Virus record (IMG/VR): IMGVR_UViG_3300020112_000604
Location: 64,001 to 128,000 of that record
Direction: 5' to 3' (one strand)
DNA from: a virus
Lineage: Duplodnaviria; Caudoviricetes
Length of the DNA: 64,000 nt
The position numbers and the translations under genes were made by a program. Below, piece by piece: positions 30,279 to 39,251 of the stretch; positions within the stretch are counted from its first letter, which is position 1, and every line of letters starts with the position of its first letter. The notes below the pieces were generated by a model that had not been told where the DNA came from, made no database searches, and worked only from the letters and a program-made list of their open reading frames with translations.

Positions 30279-30722
30279 TTATTCCTCCATAAGATTGACT
30301 GCAAATGATTCCGGCCATGCCATCATGACATATTCGGACTGACCTAATGATGAATTGTTCACGTCAACGAATCCATTCTTTATATAGAATGACACCTTCG
30401 TATCATAGAGATATTCCTTTACAGAACCCTCTATTGAGTTATATTCTTCTTCAGATGTACATCCGACCTTTACAATTACTGGTAACTGATTTGCTGCCAT
30501 AATGCCCTGAAGCACTTTGGAACCAATTCCCACATGACGATATGCTTTATTAACTTCGATTAAATCGACATATATAAATGAACACGGTGCGTTCTTCATT
30601 GTGTCAAGATCATCCAAAAATAATTCCCGGTTCTGGCGTACGATTATGCTTTTATTAAACACGATGTACTTATAATGTACAACACCAGTGTTTCTTTCTA
30701 TTATGTCATACATTGAATACAT
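30279..30722 (-). CDS. GNAT-family acetyltransferase
   Basis: YRHVGIGSK acetyl-CoA motif A, FYIKNGF motif B. Confidence 0.82.
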   Translation of the reverse strand: MYSMYDIIERNTGVVHYKYIVFNKSIIVRQNRELFLDDLDTMKNAPCSFIYVDLIEVNKAYRHVGIGSKVLQGIMAANQLPVIVKVGCTSEEEYNSIEGSVKEYLYDTKVSFYIKNGFVDVNNSSLGQSEYVMMAWPESFAVNLMEE

Positions 30723-30791
30723 AAAGTTTTCCTCCCATAAAATAAATAGACCACAGGTTAATAACCTGTGGTCTGGTTTGTGATTAACCGA

Positions 30792-31100
30792 TTAGCATTT
30801 ACGTACGCCGTGCCAACGTGCTATCAGTCTAGCTGAATCCCAGTCGTAGATCTCTAAGCAGTCGCCGTCAAATGTGTAAAATACCTTGTTATACACGATC
30901 CAAGGTTCATTGATATGATGGAAGTAAACGGTTCTGCGGACATTTGAGTCGCTCACCATAAACTCATAATATTTAGTTGCCGCAGAAACTGAAACTGCGG
31001 TTTCGGATGATGTGTCGTTGTTTGAGAATGATGCCGCTGGAGCTGCAATCATAGTTAATGCCATCATGCCTGCTAAAAGTGTTTTGAAAACGTTCTTCAT
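30792..31100 (-). CDS. Small secreted protein (paralog of 29650)
   Basis: Signal peptide ending VSVSA; ATG 31100 after AAGGAGG. Confidence 0.8.
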   Translation of the reverse strand: MKNVFKTLLAGMMALTMIAAPAASFSNNDTSSETAVSVSAATKYYEFMVSDSNVRRTVYFHHINEPWIVYNKVFYTFDGDCLEIYDWDSARLIARWHGVRKC

Positions 31101-31123
31101 TGTGGTTTCCTCCTTATGTATAA

Positions 31124-31597
31124 TCAACGTACTTTGTCAGCTTTACAGATGTAGTCTACCGCAAATGGAAGTGGCAGCTTCATCATGACAACGTACTCTG
31201 ACTGACCGAGTGGTGTGTCACTTAAATCAACAAAACCATTGCGTTCATAGAACGGAACCTTGGTTTTTATGATATAACCTTTGACATCGTCAATATTGGC
31301 GTCGTATTCTTCTTTAGACACGCAACCAACCTTAGCAAATATCGGATACTGTCCGAGAGATGCTGCTCTGAATATTGCTTTAGTGCCGAGACCTTTACGT
31401 CTATATTCCGGTTCAATGTTTATCAGATCCAAATATACGAATCTTTCCGGGCGGTTAGTTAAACCTTCGATATCGTCGAATAGTGTTTCCTTATTTCCCA
31501 TTCCGTCTACATGGTCATAAAGATGAAACTTTAAGATTCCAGCTTCATGTCCTTTATAAAATAAGGTTGTTTCGTATGATTCTGATTTAATGTACAT
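31124..31597 (-). CDS. GNAT-family acetyltransferase (paralog of 30279)
   Basis: YRRKGLGTK, FYERNGF; shares KVGCxSxEEY and LGQSEYV with 30279. Confidence 0.85.
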   Translation of the reverse strand: MYIKSESYETTLFYKGHEAGILKFHLYDHVDGMGNKETLFDDIEGLTNRPERFVYLDLINIEPEYRRKGLGTKAIFRAASLGQYPIFAKVGCVSKEEYDANIDDVKGYIIKTKVPFYERNGFVDLSDTPLGQSEYVVMMKLPLPFAVDYICKADKVR

Positions 31598-31665
31598 AGT
31601 AACCCCTTTCTGGTTTAAAACGAATAAAGGACTGCAGTATCGAACTGCAGTCCTGAATTAGCGAA

Positions 31666-32166
31666 TTACTTCTTAAGCCATGAAGGGCAGCTTGATGAAG
31701 CTTTGATCTTGTCGAATGCAGGAATCTGCTTTTCTTCACCTGTTGATGGAACCTTTGTTGTTGATGCTTCTTTGTGTTCCATCTTAAGTGTGCACTTGCT
31801 TGTTTCTGTGTTCCAGAGAGCAACCTTTGTTCCGCTCTGAAGAGTTGTTCCAAGCCAAGCCTTTGAGATGTCTACCATATTTGCTGCTACTGATGGTGAA
31901 GGTGTGTATCCTTCAGCAAGTCCTGCAGCTTCTGTCTTTGATACTCCGCCTGCCTGTGAAAGAACCTCTGAACAAATTGATGTGAACTTTTCGTGTGGAT
32001 TTACTATATCCTTAGCATTGCCTTTTCCGTCAAATACTGTGATATTGAAATCCTTGTCTGTGATCATAGCACGCATGATTGCTGCGTTTGTCTTGTCTGA
32101 AGCCTTGTTTGAGTTTGCTTCAGCGATTTCCTTAAGTACTTCATTCATCGATTTTACTTCTGCCAT
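31666..32166 (-). CDS. HU/IHF-like DNA-binding protein with N-terminal extension
   Basis: LQSGTKVAL...KVPSTGEEKQIPAFDKIKAS resembles the HU beta-arm (xNPxTGExIxIPA). Confidence 0.6.
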   Translation of the reverse strand: MAEVKSMNEVLKEIAEANSNKASDKTNAAIMRAMITDKDFNITVFDGKGNAKDIVNPHEKFTSICSEVLSQAGGVSKTEAAGLAEGYTPSPSVAANMVDISKAWLGTTLQSGTKVALWNTETSKCTLKMEHKEASTTKVPSTGEEKQIPAFDKIKASSSCPSWLKK

Positions 32167-32323
32167 TGTCATTTACCTCCTGAATTGTTTGTGATTGTTT
32201 ACTTCTATCGAAAAGCTTTTTGACTTTTGATTTGCCATTAGCCTCGATAATCTTATTGAGTTCTTCGGCTGACATTGATGTCAGTTCTTTTAGAAAGGTT
32301 TCCTGATTATACAATTCATTCAC
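32141..32323 (-). CDS. Small hypothetical protein
   Basis: 60-aa ORF behind an AACT-N6-TA motif (32335-32346) and GGTAGG RBS. Confidence 0.55.
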   Translation of the reverse strand: MNELYNQETFLKELTSMSAEELNKIIEANGKSKVKKLFDRSKQSQTIQEVNDNGRSKIDE

Positions 32324-32359
32324 CTACCTTCTATTATTCAGTAGTTGAATGTACTGTAA

Positions 32360-33322
32360 TTATTTAAATCCCCATTCCTCACATATACGGGTAGTAGAGG
32401 AAGGGTCGACTTCTTTATTTGACGTTGTATTGCTTGGGAGTTCCCAAGTATACTGGATAACGTCAGTTTTAACCTGGTCGATTATTGATTTTGGAATGTC
32501 CGATACATCGCATATGTAACCGGCATCAATAAATGGATTCCATATTACAATACGTTTGACATTCTTATAGTGTTCAATACCTGACTGAAGACCCATTACA
32601 TACTCTGTAAGAATATGAAGTGTGTCTTTAGAATTAGGCTTTGATTTGGATAAAGAGACTCTGACTAATGCATCATCGCATAATAAGTCAGGACGTCCGC
32701 TTGTAATTGTTTCTGAATAAGCAAAGTCATTCAGATACGTTGGATAATTGATAACGTTTAAACGTTCTTTCTCGAAAAAGCCGATTGAACGCATAAGCAT
32801 TACCTCTAGGTTTCCTATGTCTTTTAAATCAGCGTTATTATATCTTGATACAACATTCGCTGGTGATTGGTCTAACATCATCTCATATGCCGTGAATGAT
32901 GCTAATAAACATATCTGGTCGTGAAAAGATGGTACAGGTGAAATTACTGATTCACATGTATTGTTTATAATCTTTGCGATACCAGATTTACGATTGTTGA
33001 AATACTTTATAGCACCATCCAGGCTCGGTGATGCATCCGGATGACGTTCTGTAATCTTAGTAAGTGTTTTAAGATCTTTGTCAATGCATTTAATGTATTT
33101 GTTTGCCCCGTCAATAGCTGGTGCTAAAACACCATATCGGTCAACAGGTTCTTTTGAACAAAAACAACGTAAGCAATAAACCATAAGCAGCCTCGAAAAC
33201 TGAGGCTGCTTGATAGCTGGTAAATTGCTCGAACAATTGGACACGGTTCTGAATAACGTGAGCGGAATAACCGCTTTCTTATTTGGTGACTTGTATTTGG
33301 CTACTCTCTGTGAAATTGTCAT
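32360..33322 (-). CDS. PD-(D/E)xK nuclease-like protein, possibly inactive
   Basis: GRPDLL motif and downstream H-I-L-x-E-Y helix and IVIWNP strand; the expected (D/E)xK reads RVS. Confidence 0.5.
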   Translation of the reverse strand: MTISQRVAKYKSPNKKAVIPLTLFRTVSNCSSNLPAIKQPQFSRLLMVYCLRCFCSKEPVDRYGVLAPAIDGANKYIKCIDKDLKTLTKITERHPDASPSLDGAIKYFNNRKSGIAKIINNTCESVISPVPSFHDQICLLASFTAYEMMLDQSPANVVSRYNNADLKDIGNLEVMLMRSIGFFEKERLNVINYPTYLNDFAYSETITSGRPDLLCDDALVRVSLSKSKPNSKDTLHILTEYVMGLQSGIEHYKNVKRIVIWNPFIDAGYICDVSDIPKSIIDQVKTDVIQYTWELPSNTTSNKEVDPSSTTRICEEWGFK

Positions 33323-33335
33323 AAGCTTATCTCCT

Positions 33336-33707
33336 TTATAATTTCGCTACATATGCAACGAATTTTTCAGGTTTGACTTCTACACAGTATTCGTCAACAC
33401 CTTTACATGAGCCTCTTAAATTAAGCTGAGCCGTTGATAGATCAAGTGCGCATTTCCACGCATACTTGGTTTTTGTTTCTTCTGACACAAGCATGTCTCC
33501 GTATCCTAAGAATCTAACCGCTTTAAACGATTTTCCGTTCTCGAGGACAACGTTGTACTTAATAGCATCATCATCTTCGTCATAATATGCTTCAATCGAA
33601 TGAAGCTTTAATAACGATGATACGCGGTTTGACTTTGGTGCATGCTTATCGACGTTATGTCTGTCGATTGTGTGGTAATGTGCAGCACCTGTTACAAATC
33701 GTTCCAT
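33336..33707 (-). CDS. Hypothetical protein (paralog of 33725)
   Basis: YHTIDRHNVD and FLGYG shared with neighbour. Confidence 0.75.
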   Translation of the reverse strand: MERFVTGAAHYHTIDRHNVDKHAPKSNRVSSLLKLHSIEAYYDEDDDAIKYNVVLENGKSFKAVRFLGYGDMLVSEETKTKYAWKCALDLSTAQLNLRGSCKGVDEYCVEVKPEKFVAYVAKL

Positions 33708-33724
33708 ACATAATTACTCCTTTC

Positions 33725-34099
33725 TCATAAGAATGTAATATGAACAGTTTTGGTTTTAGGGTATATCTCAATGATACGTTCGTCACCATCGTTCGATAAT
33801 GCCGAAATGTTATCACGACGAACATTTAAAACTCTCAACAGTTCTTTAAATGTTCCAGTATGGGTTGTAGTCAATACACCTCCATATCCTAAAAACTTCT
33901 GACAATTTAGCACAACTCCTGTATCCAGTCGTACTAAAATTACTCGGTCTCTATTACAACGGTATTCGTTGATGGAGACCACTTTACATACAGGTCTTCC
34001 TTTTTCTCTTTTAAAGGAATTCCTATCGACATTGTGTTGATTGATCTCGTGATATTGACCTGGATCAATATTATATTTACTTCCTTTACGTCTTCCCAT
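33725..34099 (-). CDS. Hypothetical early protein (paralog of 33336)
   Basis: YHEINQHNVD and FLGYG; AGAAAGGA RBS. Confidence 0.75.
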   Translation of the reverse strand: MGRRKGSKYNIDPGQYHEINQHNVDRNSFKREKGRPVCKVVSINEYRCNRDRVILVRLDTGVVLNCQKFLGYGGVLTTTHTGTFKELLRVLNVRRDNISALSNDGDERIIEIYPKTKTVHITFL

Positions 34100-34146
34100 T
34101 GGTTTTCATCCTTTCTATAGATATGAATTGGATTGCTTTCTACATA

Positions 34147-34165
34147 TATAATATATAAGTCAAAA
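34147..34165 (-). promoter_or_regulatory. Early promoter TTTTGACTTATATATTATA
   Basis: 19-nt sequence identical to 50141-50159. Confidence 0.7.
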
Positions 34166-34238
34166 TTCGACAAAAAAAAATAATGGAGAGGTATGTAACC
34201 TCTCCATTATATCCGTGTTAGCGTTTTAGTTTGCGCGA

Positions 34239-35066
34239 TTAAAGACTCATTAAATCAAGAGCTTTCCAGTATGCAGCTGCATCCGGAACTCTGCCGTATG
34301 ATTCGGTCTTATCGTATGATAACTGCGCACCGATTAAGAGATAGTCGTTTCTCAGTGTAGGCTGATATACAGAGGCTGTTACAAGAATCTGTTTTCCATC
34401 CTTGTAAATATTCTGGACTTTGTAATCGAAGCCGACACCGAAGTTTTCGGCGCCACCGTCATAATGAACTACTGTGGAGAGTATGGATACTTCACCATAG
34501 TCATCAGACGTTGCTGTAGCATACTTGTAATCGATGTCTGTGATTGAACATGACGTTGTCATAGGGATATACGCAATGTCACGTTCATCGTAGTTATCCT
34601 CGGTCATTTCATCATGAAATGCCGAGTCGCCATTGAGGTATAAGTAGTTGCCTTTTCTTATACCTTCGAATCTCCAGAATTCACCGGAGCCTTCCTGATA
34701 GATGTATCCGTCTTTTTCGACTATATCTGTATGACTTACTAAGGCTGTGAATTTGTCACACTCCTTTATGTCATAAATCGGGTACTGTGAACGTACCTTG
34801 CTTATAACCTGTCTGAGTGTTGCGAGGTCTGCAAGATTGACTTCGTCATCTCCGTCCATATCGGCTGTGGCTGCATCGATTTTGCTGAAATTGCTATCAA
34901 CGAGTGCGACAGATAATGTGGAAAGATCCGTGATGTCTACCTTACCGTCGCAGTTGACGTCGCCGGTCGAATAATATACGGCGTCCGTCTGTGCTGCTGA
35001 AACGGATGGAATTGCCATTGATACCCCCATTACGATTGCCATTGCTACTGTGATGATTCTTTTCAT
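34239..35066 (-). CDS. Secreted protein with N-terminal dockerin
   Basis: Signal peptide; GDVNCDGKVDITDLSTL and ADMDGDDEVNLADLATLRQ; ATG 35066 after AGGAGG. Confidence 0.88.
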   Translation of the reverse strand: MKRIITVAMAIVMGVSMAIPSVSAAQTDAVYYSTGDVNCDGKVDITDLSTLSVALVDSNFSKIDAATADMDGDDEVNLADLATLRQVISKVRSQYPIYDIKECDKFTALVSHTDIVEKDGYIYQEGSGEFWRFEGIRKGNYLYLNGDSAFHDEMTEDNYDERDIAYIPMTTSCSITDIDYKYATATSDDYGEVSILSTVVHYDGGAENFGVGFDYKVQNIYKDGKQILVTASVYQPTLRNDYLLIGAQLSYDKTESYGRVPDAAAYWKALDLMSL

Positions 35067-35137
35067 TTTTGATTTCCTCCTGAAAAATAATATACGGGTA
35101 GACATAGTCTACCCGTGTTTGACGTATTGAAGAGTGT

Positions 35138-35200
35138 TCATCTTCTTGGTCCTGTTGATGTGTCAGCGATAACGCCGATTACCCATAAGATAAAATCCAT
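35138..35200 (-). CDS. 20-aa hydrophobic micropeptide MDFILWVIGVIADTSTGPRR
   Basis: Strong AAAGGAGGT RBS at normal spacing; lies between two terminator hairpins. Confidence 0.5.
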   Translation of the reverse strand: MDFILWVIGVIADTSTGPRR

Positions 35201-35314
35201 GGTGTAATACCTCCTTTTGAATTACACTTACGTGATTACTATCTTTGTTCCAAGAAGACTAAATAATAACAAGTAGGGAGGAGACATTATAGCCTCCTCC
35301 CTTCGATTGTTATC

Positions 35315-36526
35315 TTATCTTACGAACATTGTGTCATCGAACCATGCATCAGATTCAATAATTAAATCAAATACTTCAGCATCTTCGACCTGTAAAATCT
35401 CAGAGTTAAATGAGAACCATCTGTTCTGAGAAGTTACAGTAATTACTTCTTCACCGGTGCAGATTACTGTTGCTGCTCTAACACCGATGAGTTCGAATTC
35501 TTTGCCGTTAAACATGTAGAGTCTTACGGACTTCATACCTGTCTTACCGGCTGTTGACGGGTTGTCAGACGCTCTTGTATCAGCAACCCACATACCTACG
35601 ATATTTCTTTCGGCATCATAGATATATTCAGCGGACTGTTTCCATGTAAGCTTTGTTGTGCCAGGAATGAATGCGATGTTACCAGCATAGTTTGTTGAAA
35701 GCTGGTCCCATGAGAATACAACGGTCTTAGCATCCTGAATTCTTGATGTATTCTTGATGCTATTGACAAAGTCGTTATGCATAATATCCATGTTCTGGAT
35801 ATTATCCGTCAGGTTTCTGTTACCCTCTGTATTCATTGCTGGAGTAACAGTGAATGATTCAGCTGAGCCAGAAGCTGCGATAGCTTTGATTGTTGTATCC
35901 ATATCGTTTCTGAAATCTTTAGATGCAGCTTTCTGTCCGAATGATACGCCCGTAACTTCAGGTTCTGTTGTTGTGACTGCAGTTGTTGTTACAGGTACTA
36001 CTTCTGTTGTAGTAACAGCTGTAGTTGTTGTAGATTCTGTTGTTGTTACAGCTGTAGTTGTTGTAGCTTCTGTTGTAGTTGTAACTGTTGTTGTTATAGC
36101 CGGTGTTGTTACTGCAGGTGTTGTAACGGCTGCTGGATTACCATAGCTATCCTTGATATCCTGAGCAGTTATCTGATGGCAGATAAACTGTCTCAGTATA
36201 GCCAGGTCAACTAATGATATAACACCATCGGAATTCAGATTTCCTACACCGTCTCTTGTGTAGATTTTGAATTCATTAATTGTCGTTTCTTCACCTATAA
36301 GATAGAGTGAGAGATAAGACAGGTCTGTTATGTCAACCACATTGTTTCGGTCGATGTCACCGATAAGCGTCATGAACGTATCGTCAGGCAAATCTGTCAT
36401 GCCTTTCGACATGTTCCACCGACATGTTGCATAATTGAATTCTGCTGCCGCTGGTCTGATGCCTGTTGTTGTTAATGCAGCTATTGCTGCTAATGTAACG
36501 ATTGCTGATGTAAATATTTTTTTCAT
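35315..36526 (-). CDS. Secreted protein: dockerin, Thr-rich linker, unknown C-terminal domain
   Basis: Signal peptide; GDIDRNNVVDITDLSYL and NLNSDGVISLVDLAILRQ; VTTT repeats as in cellulosomal linkers. Confidence 0.88.
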   Translation of the reverse strand: MKKIFTSAIVTLAAIAALTTTGIRPAAAEFNYATCRWNMSKGMTDLPDDTFMTLIGDIDRNNVVDITDLSYLSLYLIGEETTINEFKIYTRDGVGNLNSDGVISLVDLAILRQFICHQITAQDIKDSYGNPAAVTTPAVTTPAITTTVTTTTEATTTTAVTTTESTTTTAVTTTEVVPVTTTAVTTTEPEVTGVSFGQKAASKDFRNDMDTTIKAIAASGSAESFTVTPAMNTEGNRNLTDNIQNMDIMHNDFVNSIKNTSRIQDAKTVVFSWDQLSTNYAGNIAFIPGTTKLTWKQSAEYIYDAERNIVGMWVADTRASDNPSTAGKTGMKSVRLYMFNGKEFELIGVRAATVICTGEEVITVTSQNRWFSFNSEILQVEDAEVFDLIIESDAWFDDTMFVR

Positions 36527-36584
36527 AGTAATTTCCTCCTTAAATTTACGGTTAGTATTTATTATTGATTGATTCGAGCTGGGA

Positions 36585-36773
36585 TTATTCCCAGCCCATA
36601 GACTTCATCCATCGGTGACAATCATAGATGGAGCCGGATGAGAACCAGATTTTACCTTCTGGCGTAGGTATTTCATTAGCGATCTTATCATTTTCAACCT
36701 TGTAATACTTGCCTGAGCAAGTCATGCGGAAAACTATAAATGCTTCTGTTTTACTTGTGTGAATTTCGTACAT
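36585..36773 (-). CDS. Small early protein
   Basis: 62 aa, AAAGGAGG RBS, first gene after the early promoter/leader repeat. Confidence 0.75.
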   Translation of the reverse strand: MYEIHTSKTEAFIVFRMTCSGKYYKVENDKIANEIPTPEGKIWFSSGSIYDCHRWMKSMGWE

Positions 36774-36799
36774 GGTTAAGTTCCTCCTTTGAACTATAA

Positions 36800-36879
36800 A
36801 TGCCCTGCATCATAGGCGTTTTTGTATTAGATAAGGTGATGCATATTGTTCCTTATCACTATAATAATATACAATTGAA
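36800..36879 (-). repeat. Early promoter plus structured leader, copy 1 (~80 bp)
   Basis: Near-identical to 56415-56495 on the plus strand. Confidence 0.85.
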
Positions 36880-36905
36880 TATGGTGAGTTTCTCGGGTAT
36901 AGCTG

Positions 36906-36917
36906 AACATCATTATA
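36906..36917 (+). promoter_or_regulatory. Late promoter AACA-N6-TA
   Basis: AACATCATTATA upstream of the prohead protease. Confidence 0.65.
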
Positions 36918-36947
36918 AATGCACTTAAATAAAGGAGGTATTGCTAT

Positions 36948-37784
36948 ATGAATCCAAAATCGGTCGGTTATATTCTCACTGAGAATACCGTTAATTCTGA
37001 AACGCAGATTATTGGAGATGATAAAAATGGCCGTTTATTTGCTGAAGGCATTATGCAGGATCTCGATGTTGTAAATCGTAACCAGCGTATATATGCTCCA
37101 GAAGATATGGACCCGGATCTTAACTCTCCAAGAATTCAGCAGGAACTTATTCCTACTGGCAATATGAAAGGTGAAGCAAACCATCCTCTTGATAAATCCT
37201 TAGCACGTCAGCAGGTTGTAGATCTCGAGAGATCAGCAGTAGTATATCACAAGTTATGGCGTGAAGGAAATCTTATCAAGGGTCAGTTCTGCGGAACCAA
37301 TAACAACTTTGGTGATTATTTCAACAAAGATCTTGCTTCCGGATATAAGCCATCATTCTCACTTAGAGCACTTGGTTCTATCGAGAATATCGGCGGTAAG
37401 GCTTATGTAAAGAATATCCGTATCATTACCTATGACTGGGTTATTCTTCCATCACATAAGGTTGCTTACACACAGAAGCTTATTGATAAGCCGGATACTA
37501 TGGTCGGAAACATTGTGTCAACAATGCCTGATTCAATGCGTGAAGGTGCATCTCTTCTTACTGAATCAACTATTCCGATTCTTACATCACAGATTCTTGA
37601 CTTCGTTAAGACTGAATCTGCGGATATCAAATCCGTACTCGAAAACTTTGATCTTTCATATGCTTCAGCACAGCTCATCAATGAGGGTGCTTCGGTAGCT
37701 ATGACAGACTCACTTGGTACTACATTCGTAGTAAACATCGAAGACCACATTAAGCGTCAGTTCATGGACTCATTCGTAGACTAA
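36948..37784 (+). CDS. Prohead core protease (T4 gp21-like)
   Basis: NRNQRIY, GEANHP (His), FSLRALG (Ser), YDWVILPS (Asp). Confidence 0.9.
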   Translation: MNPKSVGYILTENTVNSETQIIGDDKNGRLFAEGIMQDLDVVNRNQRIYAPEDMDPDLNSPRIQQELIPTGNMKGEANHPLDKSLARQQVVDLERSAVVYHKLWREGNLIKGQFCGTNNNFGDYFNKDLASGYKPSFSLRALGSIENIGGKAYVKNIRIITYDWVILPSHKVAYTQKLIDKPDTMVGNIVSTMPDSMREGASLLTESTIPILTSQILDFVKTESADIKSVLENFDLSYASAQLINEGASVAMTDSLGTTFVVNIEDHIKRQFMDSFVD

Positions 37785-37826
37785 AAAAAAAATAAAGTGG
37801 GGACCAATGCGTGTCCCCACTTTACT

Positions 37827-38381
37827 TTAAAACGGTCTGATAATGTCATGTCCGACAGCATTTCTTACGTCGACGTTGTTAAACACGGTGTTAACCATAT
37901 CCAAGAACTTCAAGTCATAATCACCCACAGCCGGTGCAATTATAGAATAGAATCTATCCAGGAAGTGCAGCGTGTTCAGCTTAACACGAGTTTCAATTGT
38001 CATCGCGTAAGCCTTATCAGTCGCATACTTGGTTGGATCGGTTTCCAGGATAAGATGGTGCAGTTCATGAACAACGTCATCTATCATGGTTGTTATTAAT
38101 AGCTTCATATGACCTGCCGGATTAGCATCTATTTCGGCTACATATCTGGCTAAGTCTTGAGTAAACGTATAAGAGCGTTTACCGGTATTCTGTGTTATAG
38201 ACCGTTGCCTGAGCAATGTGTACGAATAATTAACACGTTCGTCATTCATAATGAACAGCCTATGGTTAAGATTTCTCTTATAAAAAGATTCAATAAGCGG
38301 TTCAACTACCTGATGCATTTGTGTGTAAATCAATCGGCACTGCTCTGTGCTTAAATCACGGTCTAAGTGGTATAAATTCAT
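37827..38381 (-). CDS. HExxH-motif protein (putative metallopeptidase)
   Basis: VVHELHH with a downstream Glu; ATG 38381 after AGAAAGGAG; early motif at 38399-38415. Confidence 0.6.
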   Translation of the reverse strand: MNLYHLDRDLSTEQCRLIYTQMHQVVEPLIESFYKRNLNHRLFIMNDERVNYSYTLLRQRSITQNTGKRSYTFTQDLARYVAEIDANPAGHMKLLITTMIDDVVHELHHLILETDPTKYATDKAYAMTIETRVKLNTLHFLDRFYSIIAPAVGDYDLKFLDMVNTVFNNVDVRNAVGHDIIRPF

Positions 38382-38442
38382 TTGACCACTCCTTTCTACA
38401 CTATAATAATATATAAACCAAATAACGATTGGAGGTTTTAAT

Positions 38443-39213
38443 ATGAATGAGATGACTAGACTCCTCAACAAGATCGAACGTCGTCTTGGTTTCAAAGCAA
38501 TTAAGCTTCCTGAAGCTATCTCTAAAGATACTTGGTGTGATGAAATCATTGCCGAAGATACAATCCCGACGTTTTCAAGATTCTTCCCTCATTGTCATAC
38601 CATATTCTTAGGAAAGTATACACCTAGGGATAAGTTCGGATATTATCTTATATCTGAAGAGATGGTTGATGGAGCTAAGATACTCGGATTCAAAGATATT
38701 GACTGGCAGAGATTCTCGCAGCCTACATTATCAGGTGCCGCATATGCTTCACTTGGAATCTACGATGAAATCAACTCAATGTCTGATTACACATTCGAAG
38801 ATGTCGGATTAACTCAGTGTACACTTGACCTTAACTCTGTATTCAATACTCAGATTGTACCGGACTTTCAGCAGCCTAACAGAGTTAGATTCATGATGTC
38901 CGGGCAGAGAATCTATGAGATTCCATACGAGCACGTTCCTGTAGAGATACTCGTTGAGCACCCTCTTAACCTTATGACAATTCCACCGACAATGATGGAA
39001 ACGTTTGAAGAACTCGCAATTGCGGATGTCGCTGCAGGTTGTTATGAATATCTCAAGTATTTCGATGGACTTGAAACTGTATTCACAAGCGTTGACCTTA
39101 AGATGGACGACTTACGTCAGAAAGCAGATAAGCGTGATGAAATCATCAACACACTTAAAGAAAGCTACATTTCTCCATCAAACAAGAATCAGCCAATCAT
39201 AATGACGATATAA
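38443..39213 (+). CDS. Virion structural protein (neck/head-completion-like)
   Basis: LLNKIERRLG, TIPTFSRFFP, FEELAIADVA pattern recalls jumbo-phage neck proteins; GGAGG RBS. Confidence 0.55.
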   Translation: MNEMTRLLNKIERRLGFKAIKLPEAISKDTWCDEIIAEDTIPTFSRFFPHCHTIFLGKYTPRDKFGYYLISEEMVDGAKILGFKDIDWQRFSQPTLSGAAYASLGIYDEINSMSDYTFEDVGLTQCTLDLNSVFNTQIVPDFQQPNRVRFMMSGQRIYEIPYEHVPVEILVEHPLNLMTIPPTMMETFEELAIADVAAGCYEYLKYFDGLETVFTSVDLKMDDLRQKADKRDEIINTLKESYISPSNKNQPIIMTI

Positions 39214-39217
39214 AAAA

Positions 39218-39245
39218 CTCCCGTAGGATTATGTCCTACGGGAGA
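39218..39245. terminator. Bidirectional terminator
   Basis: CTCCCGTAGGA-ttatg-TCCTACGGGAG between convergent genes. Confidence 0.8.
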
Positions 39246-39251
39246 TTTATT

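Noticed and set aside
35960-36130. Degenerate GTT-rich tandem repeats
   Set aside because: Encode a Thr-rich linker; not an independent DNA element.
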